A stretch of DNA of 63,983 bases, filler included, from Welwitschia mirabilis (lineage: Eukaryota): assembly GCA_051453625.1 (NCBI GenBank). It is 5 parts of one record of this genome, joined end to end, with 100 filler letters (N's around TTAATTAATTAA, not from the genome) between each part and the next. Parts side by side here need not be neighbours in the genome. Positions count along the whole stretch, not along the records: positions 1 to 23,308 come from JBOZIK010000001.1; positions 23,409 to 44,971 come from JBOZIK010000001.1; 3 more parts are not named here. One strand, given 5' to 3'. Below, one piece after another: positions 14,601-27,889 of this stretch. The notes below the pieces were generated by a model. That model worked only from the letters and a program-made list of their open reading frames with translations, was not told where the DNA came from and did not search any database. Positions within the stretch are counted from its first letter, which is position 1; each line of letters begins with the position of its first letter. A program made the position numbers and the translations under genes.

Positions 14601-17600
14601 ATATTTTACTTGCTCAAGCAACCAAGCATGATCTAAGCAAGAAATAGTTTTTGCTTGTATTTTTTCTATCATCCTTACATCCAACCCCATTTTGATCACT
14701 AAACCCTACAAGATTATAAGATGTTGCATTAGGGTACCATATGCTCAACTTATTTGTAACTTTGATGTATCTTATAACTTATTTGATGGGTTGGAGGTGG
14801 GATTCCTATAGATTAGTATGGTATATATCACACACACTAATGGTAAATATTATATGAATTCTACTAGTAGTGAAATATAACAAGCTTCAAATCATACTCC
14901 TATACAATTTTTGTATCTATTAATTTATTATTAGATCTGAATCCATAGATATACTTATAGACATAGGTATATTAACTATCTTAGCATTCTCTAAATTGAA
15001 CTATTTAACTAAATCCTTTACATACTTAGTTTGGAAGAGAAATATACCTTAACCACTTTGTTTTATTTGCAATCTAACAAATATGCTTACCTCTTCTATC
15101 ATGCTCATCTCAAAATGTTTCTACATTAATCTAGAAAATTCTAATGATATTTTATTTTTTGAAGCTCCAAGAATAATGTTATTTACACATATTTGAATAA
15201 TAATGAATTCTTTTTATACATTTTCAATGAACAAAGTCTTATCTATTGCACCTCTTTTATACCCACTATTTGAAAGAAAACTAGCTAGTTGTTTATGCCT
15301 ACCTGAAATCATATAGAGCCTTTTTAATTTTATAGACATAATTTGAATAGTTAGGATTAATAAATCCTTTAGGTTATTCTACATCAACTTTTTCATTTAA
15401 GATACTATTCAAGAATGCACTATTAACATTCATCTAGTAAATGGTAAACTTTTTGAGATTAGCAAAATATAGGAACATGCAAATGATTTATAATCTGGTA
15501 ACCAGAGAAAAGGTATTTACAACATCAATATCTTCTATTGGATTATATCCTTGGGTAACTAGCCTTTCTTTATTCTTTATGATTATGTTTTTTTCATCAT
15601 ACTATTTTTCAAAAACACTAAGTTTTAATTACATTCTTGTCTTTGGGTTTTGCCACTGTCATGATCCATTCTTCATGTTGTTTAGCCTCTTAAAGTCTTT
15701 AAGCTCTACCTAATAAACATAGGATACATGAGCATAAAATAAACACATAAATATTTATGTGTAAAACCCTTTTAGAAAGAACCATGGGAAGCAAATAGAG
15801 CTCTTAATCTCATTCAAGAATCAAAAGAATCAACTATACAAAATAGACCCCCAAGCAACCTCTAAATAAGTTTAGGGTTTTAAGTCAATAAAATGTAAAA
15901 AATTACTTTTATTTTTTTCTTTTTTTAAAAAAAATTAAATACCTTAAGGAGTTAAAACATAACATCCTTTTACAACATTATAAAAAGAGGGGTCAATGTT
16001 AAAACATAACATTACAATATAAATAAGACAAATTTGGCTTCACTTTTCAAACAAAAAAAAAATCTTAAGGGATTATCTTGTGTGCATACTTTAGTTGACA
16101 TTATCAATAACTAAACCAAGAGTATAACCCTTAAGTTCTTAAATTTACTCTCCTCACGTTATTGATTTCTAACTAAATCCACCACTCCTTTTTTAGTATA
16201 ACTTATCATAAGAAAATCTTTAAGAGGTGTTCTTTTCTTACCATTATTATTTAATTGACTAAAATTATCATCATCAATTTGTGAATTTATAAACACTTCT
16301 ATTAAGATAGTATGTTTTTTAAAAACTCTATATGCTCTAGTTCAAGAAGGATATCTAAGAAAAAATAGCTTCATCTATAGTGGGATCAAAATTTCCTAAG
16401 TTTTTTCTATGTTTAGCATGAAACATTTACTCCCAAATACTTTAAGATAAGGAACATTTGGCTTTATACCTATTCACATTTCATAGGGAGTTCAATTCAT
16501 ACCTATCCTTAAGTACACTTGGTCAATGATATGATAAGCAATATTTATTGCTTTAGCCCAAAAGTTTTTGGGTACCTCTTTGTCATTTATCATTATTCTG
16601 GTCATATCTTAAAGGACTGCATTTTTCCTTTCAACCTCTCCATTTTGTTATGTAGTCTTGAGTATTCAAAATTCATGGTTAACACCATTATTTTAATATA
16701 AAATGTTTCAAAATATTGATGCTTAAACTAATCTTCATGATTAATTTTAATCTTCTTATTAACATATCCTTTTCCATTTTGCACTAAATTTAAAATTTAT
16801 ATAAAATGTTTAAAAGATTTAGATTTATTTCTTAAAAATTATACCTAAGAAATCCTAGTTATCATCCATAACTAAGACATACTTTTTGCCAAATAGGCTT
16901 GTAGTTTTAGAAGGGCCTACCAAATCCATATGAATGAAGTTAAGAGGTATGGTAGTTTATATGACATTCTTACTCTTATAAGATTCTCTTATTCACTTCC
17001 CTTTTTAGCCTAAATTACACATTTCATATTTAATGAAGTTTATCTTTAGAAGACCTATTACTATCTCCTTCTTTATAAAGACCTCTAGATGATCATAGTT
17101 TAATGCCCTAGTTTTTAATGCTAGACATCTTCATTATTTCCATAGAGACATAGCAAGCAAAGTTAGATGATTTGCTCTATGCAATACACATTATCAATCC
17201 TTTTTTCCAAAAGGATTATATCATTGATTTTTACCTATCTAACTTTCCATTTTTATGGTCAAAAATAACTTTGTGTCCTTTATCACAAACTTAACTAATA
17301 CAAACAAGGTTTTTCTTTAAACCATTATGAATGGTACCTCCTCCAATGGTATATGTTTCTTCTATCTTAGCCTTAACATCATCTCCAAAGATGACTTTTC
17401 CATCAAAAATGTTTAACCATTAGAATCTTGATCTATTTCTAGACATATGATAAAAGCATCCACAATTAAGACACTAATAAGTACCACTGCTAACCTTGAA
17501 AAGTACTTGAATTAAGAGACTTTTCAAATTATTAAATTTTACCATATAGTCTTTTATGACCTTTAAGAAAAGATTTGCTTAGGAACAAAATTGAAAAGTA

Positions 17601-20151
17601 AGTACTAATATTTGTAAAATAAATCTTTCTAAATGGATAGTTAAATTTATAGTGACCAAACTTGTAGCAAAAATGATATGTAAAGAGTCATACTTTTAGT
17701 TATTACCTTAGTAGATGATGATGATATTGAGCTGCTTTTATAGCCAATTCCCTTTAAATGTAAACCGACCCAAATCAAACATCTTCTCAAGTTTCTTAGA
17801 TCTTTTATGAATTCATTTAAGGTTTGAAAATAATTCTTTAATTCCTTAGTGAGGCCTAAGTTCTCATCTTAATTCTCTTTAAATATTTTATTTATTCTTT
17901 TATTTTCCTCATTTAGATCTTTAATGATTTTGTTCAAATCATTGATTTTCTCAATAAGCCTTTCACATTCTTAATAAATTTCTTAATAGATCTCTTCAAC
18001 ATCATCCTCTTCTTTCTCTTCACTTATGTCCTAGTCATCATGGTTATGTTACTATGGTGTCATAGTAGTGGGAGATACAAAGGCCAAAAATGATAAGCTT
18101 CTTCTAGATTTTTCTTTGGTGTTTGATCCTCATTCTTCATTATCTTCAATGTTATCCCATGTAGATATAAATGATAAGTTCTTTGACTTTTTCATCTCAA
18201 TCCCATGTTTGTTGTTTAGGCATTTACTAGCCATATGACCAAATCCCTTGCATGCATGACATTGGATCTCCTTTCTTCTTTTAAAAATTTTCTTTGACTC
18301 AGAGAAAATTGTTCTTATTATCTTGCTTGATTTCTATTCTCTTCATTTTAACATAAACCTTTTGAATCTATTCATAATAAGGGCACATCATCTTCATCTA
18401 TCCCTTTCTCTAATTGATCATTTTTTACCCCTTCATAAGTGATTTTTAGGACTAGGCTCTTTGTCTTATCCTTATAAAACCTTAGTTCATATGCTTGTAG
18501 ATTTTTTAGAAGCTCATCAATCTTTATTTTTTACAAATTTTTGCTTTCTTTGATTAGTAGTATTTTAGGTTTAAATCTTTTGGCAATAGATCTCAACACT
18601 TTTCTTACTACTCATGATTATTCCATCTTTTCTTTAAGACTCTTGATAGAGTTGATAATATTAGTTAGCTTTACAAATAATTCTTAGAGTATTTCCTCCT
18701 CACCCATTCTAATATCTTCAACTTTGGAGATCATCATTTAAAGGTTATCATGCTTTCCAAAGGGTGTGCCTTTATGAGCAGTTTCTAGAATAACCTAAGC
18801 TTCATTTGTTGAATTGTAATTGACTATTCTTTCTAGACTCCTTAGCATTTATTACACAGAAAATACCATTTAAAGCATAAAAATTAAGATTAGTCAAATT
18901 TTCAATTGTTATATTTCATTTATTCTTAGGCTTTAGGGACATAACTATATTTTCTCCAGCATCAATATGGGCATTTGTAGGAATATGGCATCCATTTTCC
19001 AAAATATCTTTAATATCCCCATCAATGGATTGTAAGAAAATTCTCATTCTAGCCTTTCTGTATCCATAGTTTATTCCTTCAAAGAGTGAAGACCTAAAAA
19101 TAAAAAGTCTTTTTACAATATTACTTATGGCTAGGATTATTGAGTTAAAGATTGGTTAAAATTTTGGTGTTGGCTTAAATTGGTGCTCTAATATCAAATG
19201 TAGGATTAGAATAATCTTAGAGGGGATGAATAGGCCTCTCAAAAATTATTTTGATGACTAACATAGATTAAGAGTAATATTAAACATAAATCAAATATAA
19301 CAAAACTCCACTTGCAAGAACACCAAGAAAAATGCTAGAAACATAATTTTTATAGTGGTTTAGGAAATATCATACTCTACTCTCAGAAGATAGCCAATAA
19401 TTAGGATTGTTTTAGATCTTTGTTACTTTACTATCTACTAGGTTTTCAAAGATAACCTTCAACCTTTACAAAATGGACTTGTGCATGCTAAGTCTCAACC
19501 TTTTAGGAAGCTTTAAAATGTGAGTGATGTAATAATGCCTTAGTATCTAGATTTGCTTAGGAGTAAGTACAACCAAAAGAGACTTGTTGTTCAAGTACAA
19601 TACAGAGGTAGGTACAATAAAGAGTACAAATATTTTATAAAGATATGTTTTTTGAATAGTGGATATGATCCACTTCTTCACCAAAGATTCATCCACACTT
19701 TCTTTAGTCCTAATAGTAGTCTTTTATATGAGACTATCAGAAAATAGTTGCTAGGAGGACAGTAGAAAGTTTTGAAATGTATAATGAGTAGATTAGATGA
19801 GATAATGGCTAAAACATAACTACCAAATTTGTTGCTTGTGCTTGTTTAGCCATCCCTAAATTTCATCTTATGAATCCCATTTCTTAGTTATACATAGTTT
19901 GGCCGATCCTATCTAGATCTTGTTAACCCCACTTCAGTTAATCCAATATGGGCCTGCTCATCCTAATGATTATCTAGTTAACCCAATGTTTGAGACTTTA
20001 GATCAATAGTAAAGAAACTCAAATCAAAACAAGTCCAAGCCATGACATTATTCCACCCATGAAACCTTCATTTCCTTACATCTATAAAGTCACGTTCCAT
20101 GGTATAGATATCATGTTAGTTTAACATCAATTGAGAACATAAATCCTAACA
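11649..20151 (-). mobile_element. Copia B: full-length decayed Ty1/Copia (SIRE-like) with extra post-pol ORF
   Basis: 5' LTR 19199-20151 next to a PBS (gctctaatatcaaa ~19185, reverse complement of a decayed tggtatcagagc). 3' LTR starts at 11649 (homology to ~12330). TSD TTACT at 11644-11648 and 20152-20156. Minus-strand gag (~18000-19100), protease (~17440-17480), integrase (~16300-16950), RT (~14850-15700), RNase H (~14280-14700), extra ORF remnant ~12850-13860. Confidence 0.9.
15710..16053 (-). mobile_element. Solo/partial LTR of the Copia C family nested in Copia B
   Basis: Reverse complement of 30360-30700 (gaaaagtgaagtcaaatttgtcttgtttatattgtaac..., aagagctctatttgcttccc), sitting between integrase and RT of Copia B. 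Confidence 0.85.
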
Positions 20152-20156
20152 TTACT

Positions 20157-21810
20157 TAGTAGAAATAAAATATATAATTAAAGTCATTAAATACTAGATT
20201 TATTAGTTAGTAAAATCTAAAATTATAAGGTTTTAAATTTTATTTTCCAAGGAGGAAGTTTGGGCTTAAAATGTAAAGTTATTTAACCAAGTTTTTGGAA
20301 TCCCTTTTATGGGTCAAACATGGGAATTTTAGGCTATAATTAACTATAACATTTCAATTCCTTTATTATCTTGAAATTAACAAGTCATTTGCTAAATTAG
20401 GTTAGGAAATGAAGTTATGATACAACTTTTTATATAATTTTTAAGAATGAAATCTTGTAATCATTAGGTCTTAAGTTAGTGTATTAAAACTTTATAAGAG
20501 GCCTAACTTCTATTTTTTGAAGTTAGGAGGAGAGTAGTAAATGTTTAGATATCATGCTCATATAAATTTTTATTTAGAGTTGGAAGCTTCTAATAAAGGG
20601 GTGTTTCCAAGAAACTCACAGTTGAGTAAATCTATATAATATTTCTTATTGATAGAAATTACATTCATTGGTTGTTTCTAATATTATTATTATATTTCTA
20701 TTTTTACATTCCCTAAGCTAGATCTTGGGGTTTTTTTGGTATGATCTACATCATTTTAGTATTAAAGCTACTATGATAGCATTGTTGTAGATTTGTTTGT
20801 TGAGTTAAGCTTAAAGGAGAGGGTTAGAAAGAAGCCTACTACCATCCATTTATAGAAGAGGTTGCTAAAGCAAAAGGGAGACATAAGTGATCTTAAATAC
20901 ATGATGCAAATTCTCATGCAAAATATGTATGTAAGAAAAATTCACTTTTGAAAGAAGTAAAAGAAGAAGAGGACATGAAGAAACCACTCTTAGGGCAAGA
21001 GGAATCTTGTGTTTATTGAAGATCGGACAAAAAAGCCTTTGGATGTAGAATCATATGAGGGAAGTATGTATCCAAAAAAGCTAGAAGGTTAGGTTTGTGA
21101 TAGCAAGAAATACTTTTAAAAGGAAGAAATATCCAAGAAGAGGAAGGTGCACATAGCATCTTCTTGTTTACATGGTCTTGCAATTATTTGGTGGAAATGC
21201 TTGGAAAGAAAGAGGAAGAATCAAGGATATCATCTTGCTATGGAAAATTTATGTGCACCTAAAAGGAGAAGTTCATGCTAAGGGCTAATTATTTGAAGTT
21301 GTTTAGAAAGATGTGGAATCTTTCCCAAAAATATAACTTAGTGGTAAAGTACAGGAAAATTTTTTATAACTTAGCCATCTAAACAAGGTTTTTTGAAAAA
21401 GGTAATATGGAGGTTATGAAATATATTAATGGCCTTAAACTTTTCATTTAAAATGAAGACTCTATGCTTTGTCCTCATAGCATAGAGTAAGCATATCAAT
21501 TAGTTGTACAGGTTGAAGAGAAATTATGACACATAGAGACTATCTATACAAGAGAGAAGGTAAAGGAGGAATGAATATAGAGGGTTCAAGGACAAAGGCA
21601 TTAGGAGGTCATAGAACACCCTACATCATTAAATGGCTACGAAGAAAAGGACAAATAAGATAGCAATTTTAATGCTAAAAGATATAAAAAACTAATTACT
21701 TATTACAATTGCAATAAGATATGTCATAAAGCATATGAATATAGATCTAGAAAATCAAAACTATAGTGTGTTATAGTAGTGTATGAAAAGGGGGAATTTA
21801 GTGAGGAATC
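20157..21810 (+). mobile_element. Ty3/Gypsy-like remnant: LTR end, PBS and decayed gag
   Basis: ...ctacatca followed by degenerate PBS tagtattaaagc (~20757); gag-like LHGLAIIWWKCL ~21170; decayed zinc knuckle YYNCNKICHKAYEY at 21701-21742. Confidence 0.7.
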
Positions 21811-21814
21811 ATAT

Positions 21815-22674
21815 GTTAAAATGAAAAAAAAAAAAGCAAAGTAAAAGGAAGATAAAAACTATAAGACAACTCCATGAAATATGTCTTTAAGCTTATTTGA
21901 GAGTTTTCTAAGGAAGAACTTACTCTAGATCTAGTAAAGTGAGATAGATGTCTTAAAAATGGGTTTCCTTTCCAAGGCTAAAGGAAAACTAGCCTTTTGA
22001 ATGAAGGGAATAGGAAGAATTATGCTAGCATAAAACCTCTACTTGTTACTAAGAAAAGCCTTCTTTACTCTCTCTATAGGCTGAAAGGGGTACCTCTTAG
22101 AGGGCCCTTCTAAAAACTACTCAAACATGCCTCTTAATAAGGGTTTTAGAGCTTAAAAAGTAAAAGAGTTGTATTACTAGTAGTAATCAAAATTTCTTAA
22201 GTCATAAAACATTTTTTCATAGTGGAATACAAGTATGTAACACAAACTTCTTCCTTGCCTCATCACTAATGATAAGAAGGAATGAAAACAGGTGAAGACT
22301 GAAAGTTCATCCTTGCAAATAAGGATAAGTTCTTACTACAACCCATGGTTAAAAGTGACAATTAAAAAGAACCACATACTAAATAAAAACAAAGGATAAT
22401 TGGGGCCAAATAGGCCATTAAATATTAATTGATATAGGAATAGTAAAGTGGGGATATTATCTAGTTCGGATGGAATCAAGGAATATCACAAGAGTGAAGG
22501 AGTGATGGATTGCATTATGGAGGTAGAGACTACAAAGATTAACATAGTAACTTTTTTCTATATGATGAATGGGATAGAGGGATCCCATTCCCTGAATCCA
22601 AGGACAATAATTAAAAATCCTAGAGTGATGGGTAAAGGTTGTAAAATAAGTGGAATTGATGTAGAGCATCATTT
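21815..22674. repeat. Second, uninterrupted copy of repeat X
   Basis: Matches 1005-1725 joined to 11501-11648 and shows the empty Copia A site (gtagagac|tacaaagatt). Confidence 0.82.
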
Positions 22675-23233
22675 ATAGGATTAAAATAACCTAGAGGTGG
22701 GGGTGAATAGGGTTTTTAAAAATTATTTAAACAACTAAAACAACTGAAGAGTAATACTAAACGTAAATCAAATATAACAAAAACATATTTGTAAGAATAC
22801 CTAAAAAATGCAAAATATACAATTTTTATAGTAGTTCAGGAAACATCCTACTTCACTTTCAGAAGACTACCTATAACTAAGATTATTCTAGATCTTTATT
22901 ACTTTACTATCTACTAGGTTTCAAAGCTAATTTTTAATCTTTATAAAAGAAACTTTTCTAGGTTGTCTTAAACTTCTAGAAACCCTTCAAGTATGAGTGA
23001 CACAATGATGCCTTAGTGCTCAGATTCACTCATAAGTAAGTACAACAAAAAGAGCCTTATTACTCAAATATAGTATAGAGGTAGATATAAAAGACAGTAT
23101 AAATATTTGACAGAGATATTCCTTTTAAAGAGTGGGTGTAGTTCACTTTTGCATCATATATTTATTAACACTTTATTTAGTCATAACAATCTTTTATATG
23201 AGACTACCAAAAGACAGCTATTAGAAGGATATT
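22675..23233 (-). repeat. Third LTR copy of the Copia B family (truncated)
   Basis: tataggattaaaataacctagaggtgggggtgaatagg matches 11649 and 19199; homology stops at tgtcacgtcc (possible start of another LTR) just before the spacer. Confidence 0.85.
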
Positions 23234-23308
23234 TGTCACGTCCACATTTTTTATTTTCTAATAAATTTACAAGTTTATGCTTAATGAAATATTTTGAAAA
23301 TATTAGAT

Positions 23309-23408
23309 NNNNNNNNNNNNNNNNNNNNNNNNNNNNNNNNNNNNNNNNNNNNTTAATTAATTAANNNNNNNNNNNNNNNNNNNNNNNNNNNNNNNNNNNN
23401 NNNNNNNN
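23309..23408. other. Artificial contig spacer N44-TTAATTAATTAA-N44
   Basis: Six-frame stop linker centred in exactly 100 bp; identical structure occurs four times in the window. Confidence 0.95.
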
Positions 23409-24061
23409 TTATTACAAGGGCAATCTTGTAACTAAAATTGTGACCGACAATGGCATGCTACAAATTTAAAATGGAGCTCTCATCTTTAGGGTACAGTCTT
23501 TTTAATGTACTAATGCAAACTTTCTCTGACCTTCTTTGAACACTGAAAATAACCACCTGTCACTATTTCTTTTTATTAAAAAATAAAAAACAAACAATTG
23601 TGTGGTCTTAGCTCTATATCAGCATGTAGAACTTAATAGGTTCGCATGACAAACTACAAAGCTTAAATGACATTAGACCTATATCAACAGGTGTTTAGGA
23701 TATACTGATCGAATGGTTTTTATAGAAAGTCTGGCTTATTTTCTCCTATCAGATGACCTCCAGTGGAAAAAGATCTCCTACTGCCTTTTTGTTATCCTAG
23801 AAACAAGTATTTTGAAACATCTTGCATCTTGTTAAAAGGATTTCATGAACGAAAGTTACAACTATGATAAGATGACTGCTAAAATAGATTTCATATCCTT
23901 TTCTTACTGTTTCTTTGAGAAATTTCTCCATATGGTCTTATATGGCCTAGAAGATAGTTGCAAACAAACCATCCCTATAAAGTCGTTATAAATATATCAA
24001 AGTATATGGTCATGTGGCACAATGCATCGTTAGTTAGAGATATTATATAAAATGTTGTGTG

Positions 24062-24242
24062 CAACTACCAAACTCGAGTTTCAGGTCCCTAGACTCACCA
24101 AAATTTCCTTACTCACCATACTCAGACAGTTGGGTGAGTTTTGCATGTGAATAGGCTCCCACCTCGCCCCCACAAGTTTGTCTCTTTAAACTTGCACAGC
24201 TGCTCAGACCGGTGATTCGTTTTGGCAAGTTTGACAACACTG
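24062..24242. mobile_element. Decayed hAT-type MITE (ACTCG-rich family)
   Basis: Ends gtttgacaacactg and starts ...ccaaactcgag; similar termini and subterminal actc/gagt motifs as 57282-57580 and 62432. Confidence 0.55.
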
Positions 24243-24670
24243 GTCAGAACAATCATAACAGATCAATTTATTTCATCTTTTATGACACATGGATTCATTG
24301 CTAGGTGTTCAAGGATATGCATTGCTATAAATTATATCCAACCTCTATTCAATTTTATATAATGCAGAGTTGACCTTACAAAATTAATTGTTGTCTTTAA
24401 GATTTTGTAACTTGGCTTGCAAACATGTCACCATTTTGTGCTTTGGAAATATGAGGGGAGCATATTTTGTACTAAATCAGTCTAAGCAATCACTTTAACA
24501 AATGTGATTGTATAGTAATAAAAGCTAGTAATATGGTATTGGAATATTCTGACTTTACATTGTATTTGCACATTTGTTTTTAGTGCCATTTGTGAGTTGA
24601 TTCAACTATTTCTTTCTTCTGTTTTTCTAAATCTGCATTTAAGTTCGGAAATTGTTTGCTATAACTGCAG

Positions 24671-24761
24671 ATATATGGCTGACAAAAAAGCATCCAATTT
24701 GACTGACAATGCACAAAGAATGATTCAATCTGGATGTGTCCCAATTCATCTTAATCTTGTG
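24671..24761 (+). CDS. Histidine acid phosphatase / multiple inositol polyphosphate phosphatase 1-like, internal exon (RYMADKKASNLTDNAQRMIQSGCVPIHLNLV)
   Basis: cag|...|gtgagg splice sites; CxPIHLNLV is the segment immediately preceding RHGTR in plant MINPP1 proteins. Confidence 0.9.
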
Positions 24762-27177
24762 GTGAGGTTCTACTATTCCATTTCAATATGGTTAAGTTAT
24801 TCTTATGAAATCCTTTTATGAATGAGATTTATTTACAAGCACCTGGGCATGTCTCAAATGTGTTGTTTCAACAATGCACATATATAGGCTTTATTTTTTG
24901 TTGATTTGTGATCTAAAGGCTTTGAAATTAGAAAAAAGATGTTAGAACATGATTACAATATCTGTGAGCAAAAGGTCATTTGAGAACACCCAATGCTCAT
25001 CTAGAGTTGGTTGCATTAATTTGAAACTGTCGCATAGCATTTCAATTCCTCATGGTTGTATAGCAATGCACCTATTTTGAGTATAACCCAATGTGGTCAT
25101 GACATTTGGCTATTGAACACCAGGGAAATTATGGAAGCATAGAACATTGCATTTGCTCTTTGAAATANNNNNNNNNNNNNNNNNNNNNNNNNNNNNNNNN
25201 NNNNNNNNNNNNNNNNNNNNNNNNNNNNNNNNNNNNNNNNNNNNNNNNNNNNNNNNNNNNNNNNNNNNNNNNNNNNNNNNNNNNNNNNNNNNNNNNNNNN
25301 NNNNNNNNNNNNNNNNNNNNNNNNNNNNNNNNNNNNNNNNNNNNNNNNNNNNNNNNNNNNNNNNNNNNNNNNNNNNNNNNNNNNNNNNNNNNNNNNNNNN
25401 NNNNNNNNNNNNNNNNNNNNNNNNNNNNNNNNNNNNNNNNNNNNNNNNNNNNNNNNNNNNNNNNNNNNNNNNNNNNNNNNNNNNNNNNNNNNNNNNNNNN
25501 NNNNNNNNNNNNNNNNNNNNNNNNNNNNNNNNNNNNNNNNNNNNNNNNNNNNNNNNNNNNNNNNNNNNNNNNNNNNNNNNNNNNNNNNNNNNNNNNNNNN
25601 NNNNNNNNNNNNNNNNNNNNNNNNNNNNNNNNNNNNNNNNNNNNNNNNNNNNNNNNNNNNNNNNNNNNNNNNNNNNNNNNNNNNNNNNNNNNNNNNNNNN
25701 NNNNNNNNNNNNNNNNNNNNNNNNNNNNNNNNNNNNNNNNNNNNNNNNNNNNNNNNNNNNNNNNNNNNNNNNNNNNNNNNNNNNNNNNNNNNNNNNNNNN
25801 NNNNNNNNNNNNNNNNNNNNNNNNNNNNNNNNNNNNNNNNNNNNNNNNNNNNNNNNNNNNNNNNNNNNNNNNNNNTAGCTTAGCTTGATATTGAAAACAT
25901 CAAAAATATTAAATGTGCTAAATATATGAGAAGCAATTTTGGATGGTTCTTGTGTGGAATCAGTTGAAGATGTGAAAGTTGTTATTCTAGTCCCTCAGAG
26001 ATTCAGACATATTCTAGAAGACTTCCACAAACTAACCTCCTGCACACAAACATCAGAAGCTCGTAATGGTTTTTTATTTGATCCTGGCATACCAGCAATA
26101 ACGTATCATGTTATAGGTGTATGATTGAACGTTAAATACGTCATAAATTTGTAATTCTGGATGCTCTTCAGGAAGTCTGATGAGGGTTTTTACATTTTTG
26201 CACACCATTTAAAAACATCAAATGTTTTGTTATTCTATTTTTATTACCTGCAACATATTTTTTTTAATTTGATGAGTCAGAGTCTCATATTCGTGGCATC
26301 AAAGAGGTAACTTTCTTCTCTTATTTTTCTTGATTTTGACATTTTTGACATGAAACAATCTATGCTTCTCTGTTATAATTGTATGGCTAAGGAATGAGAA
26401 TGGTCAAATAGAGTTGTTACTTTCAACATCATTTGCTAGTTGTTCCACATTCTCTCGTTTTAAAATTGCTATCTTGCAGCCTGTGCTATTAAGTAACAAT
26501 CATAAGTCATGTTCTTATTTGAACTCTAAATGTCTAATGTTATAAGTATTTGTGAAATATAGGAGCTATGCCAATGCCAAGTGTTTATCCTCATTACATG
26601 TCATGTTATGCATCATGGTCATGATGTCTAGCTTTGTAAGACTTGCCAAATGTTGCTTTCATAAACAAAATGATGAAAACATTATTGCTTTGTAATTTTT
26701 CCCTCAGAAAAATCAAATGCTGACTTGTCTGCTTGGCTTAACTTTTTCGAGCTGCCCAATGTTTCATTTGCCAAATTTGCAGGATTGTTACTGGTTACCC
26801 CTGTTTTGTTTACTATTTTTCTTTAATAAAATGTTCAACTGGAAATATCAAGTAATGTTCTAATAACTACTAAATATATCACACTTTTCGGAATTGCATA
26901 AAAATTGAAATGATCTTTAGCTCCAGAAGCACTTCTTACTGAGTGCTGACTACTTTTTTTTAAGGATTAGTTGCTTTTTAAAACTCTTTTCTAGGAATCA
27001 GCAAGTATGATTAGCATTGAGCTTCAAAAAATAATGTTCTGTATTCTCCATATGTAATTACTGTTTTCTTTTATATACATATGTTTGAAACATCAAAATA
27101 TTACATATGTGCTTGATATATATATTTTTATTTGGCATAAATATCTATGCAAATCATTTTTACAAAGATGTTAACAG

Positions 27178-27477
27178 GCTAGGCATGGGACTCGTGCACC
27201 CACAAGGAAGAGGGCTAAGGAGCTAGATAAGTTTTCAATGAAGTTGGAGAAACTTTTAAAATCTGTAGGGCATACAACTTCTGCACAAGGCCAGCGTTTG
27301 ATTCCACAGTGGTTGAGGGAGTGGAAATCTCCATGGGATCTTATAAGAACTGCTGGACACCTAACAATTGAAGGTGAGGAAGAATTATACCATTTGGGAA
27401 AGAGAACAAGGGAAAGGTTCCCTAAGCTCTTTGTTGACGATTACCATCCAGATACTTATGTGATAAGTGCAACACAG
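27178..27477 (+). CDS. MINPP1-like histidine acid phosphatase, catalytic exon (ARHGTRAPT...WKSPW...GEEELYHLGKRTRERFPKLFVDDYHPDTYVISATQ)
   Basis: cag|GCT AGG CAT GGG ACT CGT gives the RHGxRxP active-site motif; 300 nt, phase 0, ends cag|gta; splices in frame to the previous exon. Confidence 0.95.
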
Positions 27478-27889
27478 GTATTTACTATTTTTCAGGCCCC
27501 ATTGAACAGTTGTTATTTGATATCCAGAAATCTGTTTTCATAAGAAATTGCAAATCAAACTAGTTCTCATATGCAGCAGTGTATTCTATTCTTATGCTAA
27601 TGATCTGGCTTCTTTCATTTATACAGCAAATCCTGAATGGAACTGATCCTATTTTCTTTTTCTTTTTTTTTTTTTTAAATTTACCAAGTTTCTTGTTTAA
27701 TCTTTACATCTATTGATTATGTTTGAGCAGGTATGTATCACTCCGCTGTTGTGTTGACTAAGTCATGATATCATACCTAAGTGTTTTAGTATGTAGTTAG
27801 GATATTTCTAGATCCTTTAATGATTTATTCTCTGATTTTCTTTATTCTTGTTTTAGTAGCATATCAGGTGTTACATGTAGTCCTTTGTA

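Noticed and set aside
22448-22678. Short ORFs in repeat X as a viral movement protein or protease
   Set aside because: No recognisable motifs in any frame; the other copy has stops
23353-23364. Recurrent TTAATTAATTAA as a biological palindrome
   Set aside because: Always centred in N44 flanks; synthetic linker
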